Shown: one piece after another, positions 1 to 11,122 of the stretch
How positions within the stretch are numbered: position 1 is the first letter of the stretch
Layout of the letters: each line of letters begins with the position of its first letter
NCBI RefSeq assembly: GCF_006345805.1
Contig: NW_021832341.1
Coordinates: forward strand, 1 to 31,083
Source: Octopus sinensis
Taxonomy: Eukaryota
DNA: 31,083 bases
Reading direction: 5' to 3'
The notes under the pieces: model-generated
The model's database searches: none
Told to the model about the DNA's origin: nothing
What the model saw: only the letters and a program-made list of their open reading frames with translations
Translations under genes and position numbers: made by a program

Positions 1-711
1 GTAGCTGCGTGGCTGTGTGGTAAGAAATTTTACTTCCCAACCCTATGGTTTTAGGTTCAGTCCCATTGTGTGGTACTTTTGGAAAAATGTCTTCTCTCTT
101 GGCCCCTATTGCCTTCTGGTAGAAAAAACTGAAAAGCCCATATATATATATATACTCTTTTATTTGTTTCAGTCATTTGACTGTGGCCATGCTGGAGCAC
201 CGCCTTTAGTCGAGCAAATCGACCCCAGGGCTTATTCGTTGTAAACCTAGTACTTATTCTATTGGTCTAAGTTACGGGGATATAAACACACCAGCATCGG
301 TTGTCAAGCGATGTTGGGGGTGGGTAACAAACACAAACACACACACACACACACATATAAACGACGGGCTTCTTTCAGCTTCTGTCTACCAAATCCACTC
401 ACGAGGCTTTGGTCGACCCGAGGCTAGAGTAGAAGCCACTTGCCCAAGGTACCACGCAGTAGGGCTGAACCCGGAACACGTGTGTGTGTTTTTTTTTGGG
501 GGGGGGGGCACTATGTTTGTCCCCACCACTGCCTGCCAACGAGTGTTGGTTTGTTTACATCCCCATAAATAAGTGCTTCAGTAGAAGAGGCTGACAGAAT
601 AAGTATTAAACATTAAAAAAGAGAAAACGTCCTGGGAGTGTCATTTCTTCTAACTAAAACCCTTTAAAGTGGTGCTCTAGCATGGCCGCAGTCCAATGAC
701 TAAAAAGTAAA
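1..711 (+). mobile_element. SINE family A (tRNA-like head, CORE-like body, central microsatellite), old copy split by a nested inverted copy
   Basis: 5' half at 1-140 (gtggctgtgtggtaag...ggttcagtccca) and 3' half at ~510-711 (tgtttgtccccc...gcatggccgcagtccaatgact) both match the intact copy at 12080-12493. Confidence 0.85.
153..478 (-). mobile_element. SINE family A, 5'-truncated, nested in the microsatellite of another A copy
   Basis: Reverse complement matches 12130-12490 (cagtcatttgactgtggccatgctggagcaccgcctttagtcgagc). Confidence 0.9.
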
Positions 712-937
712 TGGAGGACTAATCAAAATTTTAATTTTGTCAATTTTCATTAAAAGAATCTAAAAAAAAAAATCTCATTTCATAGATTTTCTCATTTGGC
801 TTTTAAGAGTTACCTCCCTTAGACTGGTAGCTATTAAATTGCTAATGGCACTTGAAAATTTCATTATTTTGCATCAAGCTTGAAGCCAGATATCATGATG
901 ATGATGATGATGTGGTATTGGTGGTGGTTTAATATAT

Positions 938-1560
938 GAGTGGTTACAACGTCGAGCTTACAATCGTGAAGTTGTGAGTTCGATTCTTGGACTGGGCATT
1001 GTGCTTTATTTCACGTTGCTCCAGTTCACTCAGCTGTAGAAATGAGTTGCGACGTCACTGGTGCTAAGTTGTATCGGCCCCTTTGCCTTTCTCTTGGATA
1101 ACACTGGTGGCGTGGAGAGAGGAGGCCAGTATGCATGGGCGACTGCTGGTCTTCTATAAACAACCTTGTCCAGATTTGTGCCTCGGAGGGGAACTTTCTA
1201 GGTTTTGTTTGTTCCTTCTAGAGCCATGCCTGGCTCATAAGGGCCGGTTTCCAGTTTCCTTGGCGTGTAGGTTCCCCACCTGGATAGGACGCCGGTCCAT
1301 CAGTGAGGTGAGCTGCAAGATGCAGGAAGAAAGAGTGAGAGAAACTTGTGGCGAAAGAGTCAGCAGAAGTTCACCATTACCTTCTGCCGGAGCTGTGTGG
1401 AGCTTAGGTGTTTTCGCTCATAAACACACACATCGCCTGATCTGAGATTCGAACCCACGATCCCTCGACTGCGAGTCTGCTGCTCTAACCACTAGGCCAT
1501 GTGCCTCCACTAACTTTCTAGGTGTGATCCCATGGTCATTCATGACCGAAGGGGGTCTTA
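938..1560 (+). mobile_element. tRNA-derived SINE family F, interrupted by a family D insertion
   Basis: A-box/B-box-like head (gagtggtta...gagttcgattc), CORE-like tttatttcacgttgctccagttcactcagctgtagaaatg; sequence resumes after the 12-bp duplication at 1512-1523. Confidence 0.7.
1204..1511 (-). mobile_element. tRNA-derived SINE family D (tail variant 1), full length with TSD
   Basis: Minus-strand head TGGCCTAGTGG...GACTCGCAGTC...GGTTCGAATCT (Pol III A and B boxes); TSD aactttctaggt at 1192-1203 and 1512-1523; homologous to 28010-28205. Possibly one of the published octopus OR1/OR2 SINEs (unverified). Confidence 0.9.
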
Positions 1561-1929
1561 GGCTTACGCTTAACCGACCCCTTTATTACTGGGTGTTGTT
1601 TGGGGAGCTTCTGCGTAGTCGCATGGCCAGGCCTATTTAAACACAACAACTAGATTTCCCCCTTTACCTGGACCAACCAATAACTACCAATATTAACGGC
1701 TGCAGACATTAAGCCAGGCTAAAGAAATCAATATTTTAGTCACAAATAGTTGTATAATCGATCTTATAACAACTCAAGTCAATTTATGGCTGTCATTTCG
1801 GGATTTAGTTTCAAATTGTGTAAATATTTGGTATAAATAAAACAATGTAATATAATATATAAAATAAGTAATAACGTGAAATATTGATATAATTTAATAC
1901 AAATATAATTCAATGCATATGATTATATT

Positions 1930-2070
1930 TGTATGTATATATTCATGTATGTATGTATGCATGTGTGTGTGTCTCTCTCTCTATATATATAGTATGTATA
2001 TGTTTATATGTGAATATATGTGTATGTATGTGTGTATGTGTATATATATACATATATGTATGTATCTTTG

Positions 2071-2103
<33 letters not shown>

Positions 2104-2136
2104 ATATATACATATGTATATGTGTATATACATACA

Positions 2137-2184
<48 letters not shown>

Positions 2185-2300
2185 TATACATGTGTGTATG
2201 TATATTATGTATATGTATATATAAAATAAATAATATATATATAGTGAGAGAGAGAGATATGCATAATATATGCATATATGGTACAGGACACACACACATA
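1930..2300. repeat. compound (TA)n/(TG)n/(TATG)n microsatellite
   Basis: Direct inspection. Confidence 0.95.
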
Positions 2301-2346
2301 CACATAAGCTTATGGTAATACATTTACGTATTAACATTATAAGCTT

Positions 2347-2440
2347 GAATTGGTTGTGTGGTGAAGAAGCTTGCTTTCCAATCATACAATCTTGAGTTCA
2401 GTCCCATCGCATGACACGTTGGACAAGCATTTTCCAGTAA
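2347..2440 (+). mobile_element. SINE family A head, degenerate
   Basis: ggttgtgtggtgaagaagcttgctttccaa...gagttcagtccca. Confidence 0.75.
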
Positions 2441-2619
2441 ACTCCCTTTATAGCCTTGCAAATACATGTGTGTGTGTGTGTGTTTTGATGGTAGGGAATT
2501 AAGTGAGACCCATTTATTCTGCTAGAGGGTTACGGTTAGGGTTTTTTGAGTCAAGGGCCTAGTTGATGGCTTGCTGGTTTTTATAACACATTTATGTACC
2601 TTATTGTGGTAGACAATCA

Positions 2620-2760
2620 TATCATCATCATCATCATCATCATCATCACCATCATCGTTTTAGCATCTGCTTTTCCATGCTTGTGTGGGTTGAATGAGAA
2701 TTTACAGTGGCAGATTTTTCTGTGGTGGGATGTCTTTCCTGTCACCAACCCTCATCTGCC
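2620..2760 (-). mobile_element. family C retroposon 3' fragment with (GAT)n tail
   Basis: (CAT)n-gttttagcatctgcttttccatgc...gggttg is the reverse complement of the 5550-5594 tail. Confidence 0.75.
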
Positions 2761-2771
2761 ATATGTTTGCA

Positions 2772-2870
2772 AGCGGAATTTGAACTCAGAACATAGTGGA
2801 ATGTAGCGGCAGACGAAATACCACTAAGCATTTTGCCCAGCATGCTAACGGTTCTGTCAGCTTGCTGCCC
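2772..2870 (-). mobile_element. SINE family B head
   Basis: gaatttgaactcagaac...gcagacgaaataccactaagcattttgccc is the reverse complement of 28235-28315. Confidence 0.8.
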
Positions 2871-3018
2871 TTCTTTCAGTTTCTGTCAATCAGATGAGGC
2901 TTTGGTTGGCTTGAGGCTATAGTAGAGACACCTGCTGAAGGTGCTACGCAGTGAGACTGAACCTCGAACCATATGGTTGGGAAACAATCTTCTTACCACA
3001 CAACCATGCCTGCACCTA
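2871..3018 (-). mobile_element. SINE family A 5' half
   Basis: cttctttcagtttctgtc...gactgaacc...cttaccacacaaccatgcctgcacc. Confidence 0.85.
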
Positions 3019-3024
3019 TATATT

Positions 3025-3231
3025 ATCGTCATCATCATCATCATTTGGTGTCTGTGTCTATGCTGGCATGGGTTGGATGGTTTGACCAGGGTTGGCAAGC
3101 TGGGGAGCTGTACCAGACCCCAGTCCAATTTGGCATGGTTTCTATGGTTGGATGCCTTTCCTAACAACAACCACTTTACAGAGTGTGTTGGGTGCTTTTA
3201 TGTGGCACCACATGAGCACTTTTACATGATG

Positions 3232-3232
<1 letters not shown>
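3025..3232 (-). mobile_element. family C retroposon 3' part
   Basis: Reverse complement of 5410-5594 (atgctggcatgggttgg...ggatgcctttcctaac...gggtgcttttatgtggcacc). Confidence 0.85.
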
Positions 3233-3280
<48 letters not shown>

Positions 3281-3284
<4 letters not shown>

Positions 3285-3430
3285 TGATGGGCTTCTTTCA
3301 GTCTCTGTCAGCCATATCCACTCAAGGCTAAAGTAGAAGACACTTGCCTAAGATGCCACCTAGTGGGACTGAACCTGGAACCACGTGATTAGGATGCAAG
3401 TGTCTTACCACACAACCACACCTGCTCCTA
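3281..3430 (-). mobile_element. SINE family A 5' half
   Basis: gggcttctttcagt...agaagacacttgcc...gtgggactgaacc...cttaccacacaaccacacctgc. Confidence 0.85.
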
Positions 3431-3475
3431 GTCAGCTAAACACTTTCTTCTCACCACCACATAATACAAAAACAT

Positions 3476-3509
3476 ATAATATAATAATAATAATAATAAA
3501 TAATAATTA

Positions 3510-3582
<73 letters not shown>

Positions 3583-3665
3583 CTATATATATATATTATA
3601 TATTATATATATATATATATATTATTATATATATATATTATATATATATATATATAATATATATA

Positions 3666-3712
<47 letters not shown>

Positions 3713-3795
3713 ATATATATATATTATTATATATATATATATATATGATAAATAATATTATATATATATATATTAATAATAATAATATAATAATA
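3476..3795. repeat. (TA)n tract bracketed by (TAA)n
   Basis: Direct inspection. Confidence 0.95.
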
Positions 3796-4424
3796 TGACA
3801 AGAAAAGAATGAATGAGACCTTGATATTATGTAAATAATATATATATAATATATATATATTATTTATTATTTAACTGAACGTGACACATCCGTTTCCAAG
3901 TAAGTTAAGTACCAGTAATATAATGGGTTGCTTCAGCTGATGATAGTTCTTCCTTTTTACTGTGATCACTCTTTTTCCTAAATAAACCCCAGTATCTCTG
4001 ATCAGTCAAAGCCAGCAAATAACAGTTTTCTCTTTACTAAACCAATTTCTAAAGCTGTATTCTTTAAACTGTCTAATCCTCAAACCGATTATTCCAGATT
4101 TCTCAAAGATTAATTTTCCTTCTCACAAAATATCATTATCAATTTAGATTCAAATCTTGCCGTGTGTAAGAACCATGATCGGTAAAGAAAAGCTGAATCT
4201 CAAGACTTTAGTTCTTCAACTTTATAGGAAATAAAAACATGAAAATTTCCATTTTCTAAAGGAAGTTACTGACCAAAATTTTGATTACAAGATTGTCAAA
4301 GATCACAATCTATATGGTACTGGTATCTGTTTCATTGTTTGACCAGTGGTCAAGCGATGACCAGGCTATCTCTATTACGGACACAGTTTGAAGATTTTGC
4401 CTCTTAGAATATCTTGTCTGTCTT

Positions 4425-4628
4425 CAGTCTTATCTTTCATCTGTTCCACTCATTGGAGTGTGGCCATGTGTGAGCATTGCACTGGCCCCAGGTCTTATCT
4501 TTTTTTTAGAGTCTGATATTTATTCTATCATTCTTCTTTGCTGAATTGTAAAGTTATGGAGGGTATAAACAAACCAACACCAGTTGCGAAGTGGAGTGGG
4601 GAGGAGGAAGACAGACACATGCAGACAT

Positions 4629-4630
<2 letters not shown>
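4425..4630 (-). mobile_element. SINE family A 3' half, degenerate
   Basis: gtgtggccatg...tattctatc...tttgctgaa...taaacaaaccaacaccagttg. Confidence 0.7.
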
Positions 4631-4663
<33 letters not shown>

Positions 4664-4665
<2 letters not shown>

Positions 4666-5085
4666 TATAGGGTGGCTGTTTGGTTAGAAGCTTGTTTCCC
4701 AACCACATAGTTCTGGGTTCAGTCCCACTGTGTACCACCTTGGGTAAGTGTCTTCTACTATAGCCTTGGGCTGACCAAAGCCTTGTGAGTGGATTTGGTA
4801 GACAAAAACTGAAAGAAACCCTCGTATATATGTATATATACATACATACATATATATGTATGTGTGTGTATATGTTTGTGTGTCTGTTTGTCCCCCCAAC
4901 ATCGCTTAACAACCGATGCTAGTGTGTTCCCGTAACTTAGCGGTTCAGCAAAAGAGACCAATAGAATAAGTACTAGGCTTACAAAGAATAAGTCCTGGGG
5001 TTGATTTGCTCGACTAAAGGCGGTGCTCCAGCATGGCTGCAGTCAAATGACTGAGACAAGTAAAAGGGCAAAGAGTAAGAGTAAG
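4664..5085 (+). mobile_element. SINE family A, full length
   Basis: Head, cttgggtaagtgtcttctactatagcc, central TA/TG tract, 3' half, gagtaa-type tail. Confidence 0.95.
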
Positions 5086-5343
5086 TGCATGACAGCTGCT
5101 GTTTAGAGATTAAAATAGATTATCTTAATCCAGCCTGGTTCCAGTATAGCTGAGTAATCTCTGTACTGAGTGGTAATGTCAGTTATGAGCTACAGAGCAA
5201 CTGTTGGCAGAATAAAAACAAACACAGGGATCCAAACAACCAAAGTGGTGAAACAAACATACATAGGGACTTCAATTGAAACTTCTGTTTAACCATATTT
5301 TCCCATATATATATGTGTGTATGTGCGTGTGTGTGTGTATTTG

Positions 5344-5594
5344 TGTGGCACGTAAAAAGCACCAACCGATTGTGGCTGTTGCCAGCCTCCCCTAGCACTT
5401 GTGCCGGTGGCACGTAAAAAGCACCCACTACACTCACGGAGTGGTTGGCGCTAGGGATGGCATCAAGCTGTAGAAACACTGCCAGATCAGACTGGAGCCT
5501 GGTGCAGCCTCCTGGCTTCCCAGACCCCGGTCGAACCATCGAACCGTCCAACCCATGCTAGCATGGAAAACGGACGTTAAACGATGATGATGAT
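5344..5594 (+). mobile_element. family C retroposon 3' part (Meta/MESC-like domain, (GAT)n tail)
   Basis: gagtggttggcgctagggatggcatcaagctgtagaaac...acccatgctagcatggaaaacggacgttaaacgatgatg; tggcacgtaaaaagcacc duplicated internally. The domain name comes from recalled similarity. Confidence 0.85.
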
Positions 5595-6054
5595 ATATAT
5601 ATGTGTGTGTGTGTGTGTGTGTATGTGCATATGTATGTGTATGTATATATGTGTATGTATATATGTATATGTGTGTGTATATATATATATGATATACAGG
5701 GAAACCTAAGAGAAAGACAAAAAGATATAAATTCAATTTAGTTAAAATAAATTTGATAAATTTGAGATTTTAATTAAAAATTGATTAGTTTCTAAAGTTT
5801 AGAACGCAGAGACCTTTCTAAAAATGCCTGGGAGTATATATTTAATGGATGTTGATAATTTCATATTTGTATGTTTGTCTTGTTTATTGATGCAGTCAAT
5901 TTATCACTTAACTCTGTGTGCATGTGTAAACATATATACACATCTATATGTATATATTTGAACAATTAATACATTTATATGTGTGTATATACATATATCA
6001 GTTTTGTGTTTGTTTTCCTATGCTTATACATAATTGGTAGCATGTGTATATATA

Positions 6055-6085
<31 letters not shown>

Positions 6086-6249
6086 GCATACATCAGTTTA
6101 TGACAATATACACATGTATATATTGTTAGCCTGTGTACAAGAGAAGTGGTCTTGTAGGCCATTAATTCTCCTAAAATGCTGATTCAGCAGTTATTTTATC
6201 TCTTTATTCTTTGTTTTCTCTTTATTCTTCTCATTATCGTTATTTTTTT

Positions 6250-6290
6250 TTTCCTGATGAAGGACTATCACCCAAAACATTAAGAGTCTT
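6250..6290 (+). other. degenerate Penelope-type hammerhead ribozyme relic
   Basis: cCTGATGAaggactatcacccAAAACATT, compared with the expected CTGATGA-stem-GAAACGTT. Confidence 0.45.
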
Positions 6291-6382
6291 TTTTTTCTTT
6301 TTAAGCATTAAACTAATACAGCATCTGTCAAGGCATATCCTATCCATGTTGTCTTCAATGTGCTCATTGCCCAATGCATGTA

Positions 6383-6430
<48 letters not shown>

Positions 6431-6453
6431 GTATGTATGTATACATATGTATA

Positions 6454-6787
6454 GGGGCGGGAGTGGCTGTGTGGTAAGTAGCTTGCTTACCAACCACATA
6501 GTTCCGGGTTCAGTTCCACTGCGTGGCACCTTGGGCAAGTATCTTCTCTGACCAAAGCCATGTGAGTGGATTTGGTAGACGGAAACTGAAAGAAGCCCGT
6601 CGTATATATGTATATGTATATGTGTGTGTTTGTGTGTCTGTGTTTGTCCTCCTAACATAGCTTGACAACCGATGCTGGTGTGTTTACCTCCCCGTAACTT
6701 AGCGGTTTGGCAAAAGAGACTGATAGAATAAGTACTAGGCTTACAAAGAATAAGTCCTGGGGTCAATTTGCTCGACTAAAGGCGGTG
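6454..6787 (+). mobile_element. SINE family A lacking its extreme 3' end
   Basis: Colinear with 12080-12437; stops at gactaaaggcggtg. Confidence 0.95.
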
Positions 6788-7291
6788 TGTTGATATTGTG
6801 TGTATGTGTATAGTATATATATTTATATGTGTGTGTATGTGTGATCTGTTTATTAATCTTTCAGGTATGCTGGTATTGTAATATATTTATATGTATATAG
6901 ATTAATACTCTGCACCATGAGCATATCATTACATGGACATTTTGCATTCAGTTGTTCATCTTCATTTTATATAATTTTGTAATTATAAATTTTGATTAAC
7001 ATAGAATCTAATTTATTAGGTTCTTCTTTGTTTCTCACCCTACAAACTATTCATTAACTTCTGTCCTCAATCACTATCACTAAATAGGATCTAATGATGT
7101 GACCATCACTCCTTAAAACCAGCCCTATACAGACATCATACATACATACATACATACATACATACATACATAATACATACATACATACATACATTTATAT
7201 ATATAATGATATATATATATAATGAGATATATATATGTATATATATATATATATAATATATATTATATATATATTCTTTCATTCATTCATT

Positions 7292-7507
7292 GAATCCTTT
7301 AGCATTTAAATGGGGCCCAAATATCTGACCTGTTTAATATTTGAATTGCCCTGATCTTGCCTCTCATATCTACCCTACAATGTCATTTGAGAATTACACA
7401 TTCACATCCTTCAAATCTCAAAGCCACCAGATAATGCATGATTAACTGAAAATGATGAGAATAAATAAGGATTACATTTGACATTAATCTAAATGCTAAA
7501 CACTTAA
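7292..7507. mobile_element. piggyBac-like (TTAA) MITE, copy 1
   Basis: Ends cctttagcattt...aaatgctaaacacttaa are inverted repeats; body colinear with 8810-9370 (ccctacaatg, aaatctcaaagc, taatgcatgattaa, attacatttgaca). Confidence 0.7.
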
Positions 7508-7509
7508 AA

Positions 7510-7600
7510 CCCATTTTTCCATGCTGACAAATGTTGGATGGGGACGTGGTAGCATTTCATGACCAGATTGTTTTTCCCTGTCACCAACCTTATGCTTTGT
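7510..7600 (-). mobile_element. family C fragment, degenerate
   Basis: tttttccatgctg...gttggatgg and cctgtcaccaacc are shared with 2670-2750. Confidence 0.5.
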
Positions 7601-8028
7601 TCAAAGAAGGTATTTGTGTTTACTCCGTAGGCTTTTGAATTCATAAACATCCTTCACCATTCTGCTCAAGCAACACTGTAGAAATATCAGCATTTTATGC
7701 ACATTCATGTATGCACAAGCACACACATGCACATACACTTGGATGCACACATGAAGCAATTCAGATAACCATAAAACCTCCAAGAGCTATCTTGATTTAA
7801 ACAAAAGGGCCTTGCTCTTTTGTTAGCGACTGGCTTGCATTCCACAGAAGAAGATGAAGAGAATATTTAGATAATTCCTCAGAAAACACATGGACATACA
7901 TTATGTATTTTTGTAGCAATGGAACAACATTTCCAAACTCACAGCTCCCTATATGAATTCCTTAAGTTTTCCCTTAATAATTTCCAGAGTCAGCTCCCCA
8001 AATATAACCAAGATTAGTTCCTCTAAAT

Positions 8029-8291
8029 CGGTAGTTCTTAACCAAGGTCTCTATGATGCTTGGAAGGTCCTTGTAATATTATGATGTTAAAATTCCTATT
8101 CAATTAACTAGTTGTACTTCTGCAACACAAAAAATATTTTAATTTCCTTTTATACAATCCCTAATAACGTTTAATTAGAGAAACATGATAGGACCTTTTT
8201 TAAACATTGAATGACTATGAGGGTCCATCTGAATAAAGAAATAACAGGAATCAAAGGGGTCCAGTGGTTAAAAAATGGTTGAGAACCATTG
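8029..8291. mobile_element. hAT (Charlie-like) MITE
   Basis: TIRs cggtagttcttaacc / ggttgagaaccattg; 8-bp TSD ctctaaat (8021-8028) / ctctagat (8292-8299) fits the NTCTAGAN target preference. Confidence 0.8.
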
Positions 8292-8809
8292 CTCTAGATC
8301 TGTCTGAGGATGCTCCTCCAAATATATCCAAAAGCAGTTCCTCGCATAATCTCCAGGGTCAATTCCCGAAAATCTATCCAAAGCCAGTTGCCCTTAATAT
8401 AAGCCAAGTTCAGTTTCCAAACTTTCCATTATGGTCAATATATAAAGTTGAAAATCTTTCTGCATTTCAAGTTCTTTAATCTTGATTTTCTTTCAGAGTT
8501 GAGCAAGAGTCTAGACTTTGAACCTGGTCGTGGTCAAACTTTGTTACGGAAAATATTCTGTAGGTATTCTGACATATTCTGCATGTGCTTTTGTTCAGTA
8601 TTGTTGTTGTTGTTGTTGCACGTTTGTCGTAATTGTTTATTGGTGTTGGTGCTCATGTTGTTGTAAGTTGTTGCTGCTATTGTTGTTGTTGCTGTTGTAT
8701 CATTGTGGGTGTCTAGGAACAGACCAATGACCTGAGAACAACTGAACATCAATATTTCTAATTGTGTCATCACATTTTTTATTACAAGAAATCCTATGGG
8801 TCCAAAATT

Positions 8810-9370
8810 TTAAACCCTTTAGCATTCAAACCAGTCATATCAGGGCAAAATATTTAATCTCTTTTATGTTGAAACTGGTCATATCCAGTCTCTCACACCA
8901 GCCCTACAATGCCATACTTAAACTGAACAAGTACATCATCAAAATCTCAAAGCTATCAATTAATGCATGATTAATTCATATCAATGTGAACAAGAGCACT
9001 CAGAGACATCCTCTCAACGATTAACCGGAGATGATTTGTAAAATGAGAATATCTGAAATAAACTCGATTACTCTCACGGAGAGCAAAAATGAACCTGACC
9101 ACTCTCAAAAATTAAGTAAAAAAAAAAAACAAGAAAAATAATTCAGAATCCTTGTCCAGTACTGGATTGATCCCAAAATCAAATCAGTTTGTGCCAGTCA
9201 CGAGGTCAGACATCCCTGAAAGTTTCATCCGAATCCATCCAGTGGTTCTTGAGATATCTTGTCCAAGGACAAATAAATAAACAAATACGACTGAAACAAT
9301 ATCTTCGTTAAGGCGGAGATAATAAATGAGCATTACATTTGACAGAGTAATCTGAATACTAAAGATCGAA
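8810..9370. mobile_element. piggyBac-like MITE, copy 2, interrupted by a HINE-like insert
   Basis: ttaaaccctttagcattc...gaatactaaag; homologous to 7292-7507 once 8989-9323 is removed. Confidence 0.7.
8989..9323 (+). mobile_element. Helentron-associated non-autonomous (HINE/DINE-like) element
   Basis: Starts aacaagag, contains aagtttcatccgaatccatccagtggttcttgagat, ends with the hairpin atcttcg-ttaagg-cggagat; no clear TSD; the empty site is visible in the 7292 copy. Confidence 0.6.
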
Positions 9371-9534
9371 ATATTAAGTGGCCCCCCCCCCACTACAAGG
9401 AAAACATGGATATTGTTCCAATAGATTTGGTTTTGTAATTGTTGTTGTTGTTGTTACTGTTATTGGTTTGTTCCGAACAAGTAACTTATATTGAGGGATT
9501 ATTCAAATGGATAACATAAATTTATGCATAAAAA

Positions 9535-9541
9535 CAATATA

Positions 9542-9576
<35 letters not shown>

Positions 9577-9810
9577 CACAGTCACACACACATATATTTA
9601 TATGTATATACATGTGTGTATGTATGTGTGTATATATTATGTATGTATATATATGTGTATATATATATATATGTGTGGTATATATATATTGTGTGTGTAT
9701 ATATATATAATATAATATATATATATTATATATATATGTGGTGTATATTAATCTGTGTGTGTATATATATATATATATTATATGTGTGTTATATATATAT
9801 ATATATAATA
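9535..9810. repeat. compound TA/TG microsatellite
   Basis: Direct inspection. Confidence 0.95.
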
Positions 9811-9933
9811 AATGATAGGAACTCTGTGGATATTATGTAATCCTTGTTGTATGTCCTATAGCAAGATCATTTCCCCTCTATGATGACCTCAGGTAGTCAA
9901 TAACTGTGAATGAGCTTTGCATAGCATTCTACG

Positions 9934-9975
<42 letters not shown>

Positions 9976-10699
9976 AATATGTATGTACACACTCATGGAT
10001 ATATGTATGTGTTTTTTTATGTATATGTCCTATATAAAATATTGATCGTTATTTTTCTTGAAGCAATGTTGGCATTTGTCTATATATCTTTTTCCCAAAT
10101 TTACACACAAATCCTAAATAATCCAGGAATAATTCATGTAGAAAAATTCTGGTTCTGACAAACCTCGTAGATGAAACAGTGAGGATTCAAGGAGAGAGAT
10201 GTTGAAACACTGATAGTTGCAATGGAGTGGTAGTAGAGTAGGAGTGTTAGCGGAATGTACAGAAATGTCTGTTTATAATGTCAAACACTTTTTTCTCTCA
10301 TCTTTTTCTCTCTCTTTCTTCAGTTTTTCTCTTCTCTCTCTGCTTCACTTTCATTCTTTCTCTTGCTTTCTCTCTCAAACACACACAACACATCCCATGA
10401 TTTCTGACTCCTCTTTCTCAGACAGCCTGTAGATAGAATATATTGGAACTCCTTAGTTATTAAAATTCCTAATTAAAGATAGTATCTTCCAAAATTTAGT
10501 ATACCTTGTTCTAATTATAAATTGCTTCTAATAGTGGGGCCATGGTTGGGGAATTTCAGAGTTATGAGGAGCGTGGAACCACTTTTTAGCTATTAATCTT
10601 CCCAGGTATACTCACCTGAAGCAGGACATTGAAATTATGGGATGCAGCAAGGTGGATGTGAAATATTTTGGCAAATGAATTTATACACATACATTTGTA

Positions 10700-11122
10700 C
10701 ACAGTTGACTATGGAAGAGTGTTAGTGTTCTATTGGTCATCATGAGATCAGCTTTTATGATACAGCTGACCATGGAACAGTTTTCAGCTTCTTCTGGTCA
10801 CCATGAGGTCAGTTTCTATTATACAGCTGACCATGGAAGTCTTTCGGTTCTTCTGGTCACCATAGGGTCAATTTCTTTCATGCAGCTAACTATAGACAAA
10901 TCTTATGGTTCCACTGGTCATCATGTGTCAGCTTTTATGACACATCTGACCATAGAATAGTCTTCTGCTTCTTTGATCAAATATAATACAGCTGACTGGA
11001 ATATTCTTATGGCACTTCTGGTCACCCTGTGGTCACTTTCTATGATATAGCTGACCATGGAAGAATCTTACAGTTCCCTTGGTTACATGTGGTCAGTTTC
11101 TATTCTACAGTTGACCACATGA
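10700..11122. repeat. degenerate ~60-bp tandem repeat, 7-8 units
   Basis: acagctgaccatgga variants near 10701, 10762, 10823, 10882, 10942, 10988, 11047 and 11107. Confidence 0.85.

Noticed and set aside
1083-1445. 120-aa ORF
   Set aside because: Runs across the junction of two nested SINEs
1440-1510. tRNA gene (also 28135-28205)
   Set aside because: A/B boxes are present but there is no acceptor stem; these are SINE heads continuing into a shared body bounded by TSDs
2530-2545. Telomere-like gggttacggttaggg
   Set aside because: Too short and imperfect
6850-6870. Series of plus-strand CAG|GTA sites (6862, 10603, 15491, 16930) as recursive splice sites
   Set aside because: Donor halves are weak, and a handful of CAGGTA hexamers is roughly what chance predicts in 31 kb
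8497-8563. Possible plus-strand exon after tttctttcag
   Set aside because: Good acceptor but weak donor, and no recognisable peptide
10700-11122. CRISPR-like array
   Set aside because: The whole unit is repeated with no unique spacers; eukaryotic context and no cas genes
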